Shown here: positions 47,789-50,887 of the stretch, in pieces
Layout: every line of letters begins with the position of its first letter
Position numbering within the stretch: position 1 is the first letter of the stretch
NCBI GenBank assembly: GCA_008081395.1
Contig: VMCJ01000062.1
Span: 1-50,887 of the forward strand
DNA length: 50,887 nucleotides
Reading direction: 5' to 3'
DNA from: Rhodospirillales bacterium
GTDB taxonomy: Bacteria; Pseudomonadota; Alphaproteobacteria; Bin95
Notes under the pieces: model-generated
The model's input: the letters and a program-made list of their open reading frames with translations, nothing else
What the model was told of the DNA's origin: nothing
Database searches by the model: none
Program-made: the position numbers and the translations under genes

Positions 47789-49108
47789 TCAAGCAGCAAG
47801 TTGACGGCGCCAGTATTGAAGTCCCGCACTGTTAGGGTGTTGCACCCCTCTTTCTGCAAGGAGGGATTCTGCAAGCTTTCGGCGGCCAGCTTTTACAGCG
47901 CTATCCACTAAAACCTGGGTGTAGAGATCACGTTGGGCATGACTGCCCCCAACGCGTACCCATTCCTCACGACTTGCAAGCAATCCATCACAAGCTTTTT
48001 CATAATCACCCATTGTATAAGCCGCGAAAGCATCAGCGAGGGGAATTGAGACCTCACTAGCCAAGTTAGCAGCCCAGCCCTCACCATCTGCTCTTTCTGC
48101 TAGCTGCTGCCTCTGTTTTGCAAGCGCCTCAGACCTCCCGGCCTTTGCCAGCGCCGCAGACACATGGCTTTCCGTGAAGGCAAGTAATTGGTCGTCCATT
48201 GTGGCTTCTGCCTGCCCGGCAAGAGCATGCCAACGACTCCCCACATCTACCCCAGTCATTTCTAATCGCCATAATAAGGCAGCCGCATTTTGTACGTCGA
48301 TGTATGCCGTCGAAGGAGCTGGATAGACGGCACTATCATATAGCGCCAAAGTTTCATCGTAGCTCCCAGAATCCCATAGAAATAGTGCTTTATGCCACCA
48401 TATGTGCCTAGCAAGTGGGGCTCGGTCATCCCAAGCATTTAGAGGGTAATTGATCCATTCAATCCCATCTTTATGGCGTCCCTGCATTTCCAGAACGTGC
48501 GCAACGGTATGGACTGCCCATAAGTCCTCTGGGCTATGCTGAAGCGCAGCCCGGCCACACATTTCAGCTTTCTCGTACTCCCCTGCTTCCTCGTAACCAA
48601 AGCCAAGCATTCCCAAATAATGGCCAAATCCAACCACATCTTTATCCCAAGCATGGCTAACTCTAAGAACGGAGTCTCGTAAATCGAGGCTCTTCCCTCG
48701 CCAAAATAGGGTCTGTTGGTGTAGCTGTTTCAAAACAAAAAGATCTAATGGCCACTCTGCCATGTGCTGCCCAAGTACCTTGGATGCATGAGGAAGATCG
48801 TTCGCGCTCAATGCCTTCAAGCCAGCAAGCCAACCCTTAGCTCTTTGAGTCAAGCCGCCAGGCTTTGCTTCCGCCTTAGCAATATGTTCTGCCACTACTG
48901 GTAGGAGATTTCGCGACTGCGCGCCCATCAGCATATAACCCTTCAGGAGTTGGGCCATGGAGCAGTCTGGGTCTGCGGAAATTGCCGCGTCTGCATATTC
49001 GACGGCGTCGAGCCTAAATTCAAAGAATCGCGCCACTGCCTTATCAAAATTCTCCACGCAAGCTGAGCTGCTGGTATCAAGTTGATATCCACGAACGTCT
49101 TGTAGCAT
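47789..49108 (-). CDS. TPR protein, TTC38-like
   Basis: GMLGFGYEEAG.Y..AE, DLWAVHTVAHVLEMQG, HIWWH.ALF, LLWRL, GGSHAQRD. Start ATG 49108 (alternatively 49129). Confidence 0.82.
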   Translation of the reverse strand: MLQDVRGYQLDTSSSACVENFDKAVARFFEFRLDAVEYADAAISADPDCSMAQLLKGYMLMGAQSRNLLPVVAEHIAKAEAKPGGLTQRAKGWLAGLKALSANDLPHASKVLGQHMAEWPLDLFVLKQLHQQTLFWRGKSLDLRDSVLRVSHAWDKDVVGFGHYLGMLGFGYEEAGEYEKAEMCGRAALQHSPEDLWAVHTVAHVLEMQGRHKDGIEWINYPLNAWDDRAPLARHIWWHKALFLWDSGSYDETLALYDSAVYPAPSTAYIDVQNAAALLWRLEMTGVDVGSRWHALAGQAEATMDDQLLAFTESHVSAALAKAGRSEALAKQRQQLAERADGEGWAANLASEVSIPLADAFAAYTMGDYEKACDGLLASREEWVRVGGSHAQRDLYTQVLVDSAVKAGRRKLAESLLAERGVQHPNSAGLQYWRRQLAA

Positions 49109-49312
49109 CTGAAACTCCCGGAGAAACATAGTCTCGAAAAACTGCAATATTTTAGCGATGAAATCTAGAAGAGAGGGATTGTTGGGTTATTTTCAAATAA
49201 TGACATTAATAGTCTGACAGGCTTAATTTACTCAGAGAGCGTTTAATTTCGCTAAGAAGCCGCATCCTGTTAAAGTAATCATGAAATTCCTTCCCCTTAA
49301 GGAGAAAGCCCT

Positions 49313-49768
49313 ATGCCCGGTCTGTACTATGAAGAATTCGAAATTGGTCAGGTTTTCAAACACGACCTAACACGAACCGTAACAGAGATGGACAACGTCC
49401 TCTTCTGTGCACTTACCCATAATCCTCAACCTCTTCATCTTGATGAAGAGTTTGGTAAAGCGTCGGAGCACGGAGGCCGGTTAGTAAACTCACTTTTTAC
49501 ACTGGGTCTAGTCATTGGTGTTTCTGTGGGGGACACAACTCTCGGGACAACAATTGGCAATTTAGGAATGACCGATACGGCCTTCCGCAACCCAGTTTTT
49601 CACGGTGACACAATACGATCGGAAACAACTGTAATCGACAAAAGAGAGTCAAAATCTCGCCCCACCCAAGGCATAGTCACTTTTGAACACCGCGGTTTTA
49701 ACCAACATGGAAAAGAAGTGGCTTACTGCAAAAGAATGGGCCTAATGATGAAACGTCCAACAACCTGA
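49313..49768 (+). CDS. MaoC family dehydratase
   Basis: GLYYEEF, RTVTEMDN, NPQPLHLD, PVFHGDTI; AAGGAG RBS. Confidence 0.9.
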   Translation: MPGLYYEEFEIGQVFKHDLTRTVTEMDNVLFCALTHNPQPLHLDEEFGKASEHGGRLVNSLFTLGLVIGVSVGDTTLGTTIGNLGMTDTAFRNPVFHGDTIRSETTVIDKRESKSRPTQGIVTFEHRGFNQHGKEVAYCKRMGLMMKRPTT

Positions 49769-49784
49769 ACAAAATAGGATAGAA

Positions 49785-50711
49785 ATGGTGGAAGCTATTT
49801 CCTTCAACGCTACTCGAAGCTGGACGAAGACGCTACCAAACGCGACAGTCGTTCAGGCTAGAGAGTTTGACTTCAAAGGGCCATTCAATGGCCGAAATGC
49901 AGACGCATCAGAAGACAGACCGCAAGCATTTCGGGTTGAGCAACCACCCGGTTCAATAGTAGAGCCTCATTTCCATGTAGCCGCAGAATTTCAGCTAATT
50001 GCTTGTGGAGGCGGTAGATTAGGTAGGCATGAATTAAAGCCACTATCAATCCATTATTCAGGTGCATTCACCCCTTATGGTCCTATTGTAGCGGATGCGC
50101 GTGAAGGGGTGATCTATTACACACTTCGCCCCCGTCATGACCCAGGTGCTTTATTTTTGCCTGACGCAAAAGAAAAGTTGCAGCCTGCACCAAAGCGCTT
50201 TTTCATGACTGAACCCGAGCAAAAAAATCTAAGCTCAGCTGTATTGAGGACATGGGAAGCCCCAAATTTATCCTTCTTATACGGATCAGAAGCTGATGAT
50301 GCCGCTGCCTGGCGCGCAACACTTGGACCAAATCAGCGACTCACTCCACCCAAACCAAAAGGCGACGGTTATTACGTTGTTGTAACTGGTGGAAGCTGGA
50401 TATTTTCTGGAGAAAAATTTCCAGAATGGTCTCTGGCCTTTGCAGCGCAGGGCGAGTCTGCACCCGAGCTCTTGGCAGGAGAAGAAGGCCTGGATGCAGT
50501 GATCCTCCAATTTCCCGATAATTCGTCTAGGGTCAAGAAATCTATTTCTCTAGAAGATCAACATGAGTGTCCACTGTGTGGCTATGTTTATAACCAAGCG
50601 GAGGGAGACCCCGAAGCAGGGGTGGCGAAAGGAACTGTTTTCGCTGACGTCCCATCAGACTGGACATGCCCTAATTGTGATGCGCCAAAATCAGATTTTC
50701 AGATAATTTGA
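49785..50711 (+). CDS. Bicupin-like protein fused to a C-terminal rubredoxin domain
   Basis: Cupin motif 1 G-x5-HFH-x3-E-x6-G; C-terminal CPLCGYVY...GDP..GV..GT.F.DVP.DWTCPNC...KSDF is a full rubredoxin. Confidence 0.8.
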   Translation: MVEAISFNATRSWTKTLPNATVVQAREFDFKGPFNGRNADASEDRPQAFRVEQPPGSIVEPHFHVAAEFQLIACGGGRLGRHELKPLSIHYSGAFTPYGPIVADAREGVIYYTLRPRHDPGALFLPDAKEKLQPAPKRFFMTEPEQKNLSSAVLRTWEAPNLSFLYGSEADDAAAWRATLGPNQRLTPPKPKGDGYYVVVTGGSWIFSGEKFPEWSLAFAAQGESAPELLAGEEGLDAVILQFPDNSSRVKKSISLEDQHECPLCGYVYNQAEGDPEAGVAKGTVFADVPSDWTCPNCDAPKSDFQII

Positions 50712-50832
50712 AGCCCCTAATTAAAGACTGATCTATATCTTCAATGCGGTAACATCTCTGAATTCAATGCAATAATCTGTTCCGGACAGCATACTGTTGA
50801 CCGCCCAAGTTATCAGCACGCTTTGGTGGGAA

Positions 50833-50887
50833 TGGTGCCCCGGATAGGATTCGAACCTATGACCTACCGCTTAGGAGGCGGTCGCTC
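50833..50887 (-). tRNA. tRNA-Arg(CCU), 5' part beyond the window edge
   Basis: Minus strand ...GAGCGACCGCCTCCTAAGCGGTAGGTCATAGGTTCGAATCCTATCCGGGGCACCA. Anticodon stem ACCGC/GCGGT around CCT, T-loop, CCA. Confidence 0.93.

Noticed and set aside
43632-50887. tRNA-bounded segment as an integrative element
   Set aside because: No integrase or long att duplication, composition resembles the rest of the window, and the genes are ordinary metabolic types.
1-50887. CRISPR arrays, IS elements, prophage or anti-phage defence genes
   Set aside because: No regularly spaced repeats, transposase, integrase, structural phage or defence-family motifs were seen.

Overview
Gene-dense bacterial chromosomal region, most likely from a marine alphaproteobacterium. 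This is inferred from the yggT-yggU-folD cluster, the Mcl2-like CoA-ester lyase, an alphaproteobacterial-type RpoH promoter and a DMSP-lyase-family cupin. It holds about 50 CDSs, mostly catabolic enzymes of uncertain substrate: four SDRs, three Ldh_2 dehydrogenases, two luciferase-like monooxygenases, Zn- and Fe-ADHs and CoA enzymes. It also carries an MntR-regulated TroABCD-type Mn ABC transporter with a clear MntR box, a GldAFG-like ABC system with DUF4340, tRNA-Pro(UGG) and a partial tRNA-Arg(CCU). No CRISPR, IS, integrase or prophage is visible. The most notable items are an in-frame fusion of a bicupin-like protein to a complete rubredoxin, a possible organosulfur catabolic neighbourhood (HpsN-like dehydrogenase, DMSP-lyase-family cupin, SDRs, Zn-ADH, Ldh_2), a DtxR-like remnant on the Mn permease, tandem HcxB/YbiC paralogs, a Ddn-type F420-dependent reductase and an AT-rich orphan lipoprotein at a tRNA 3' end. 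All family calls come from motif recognition by eye; no searches were run.
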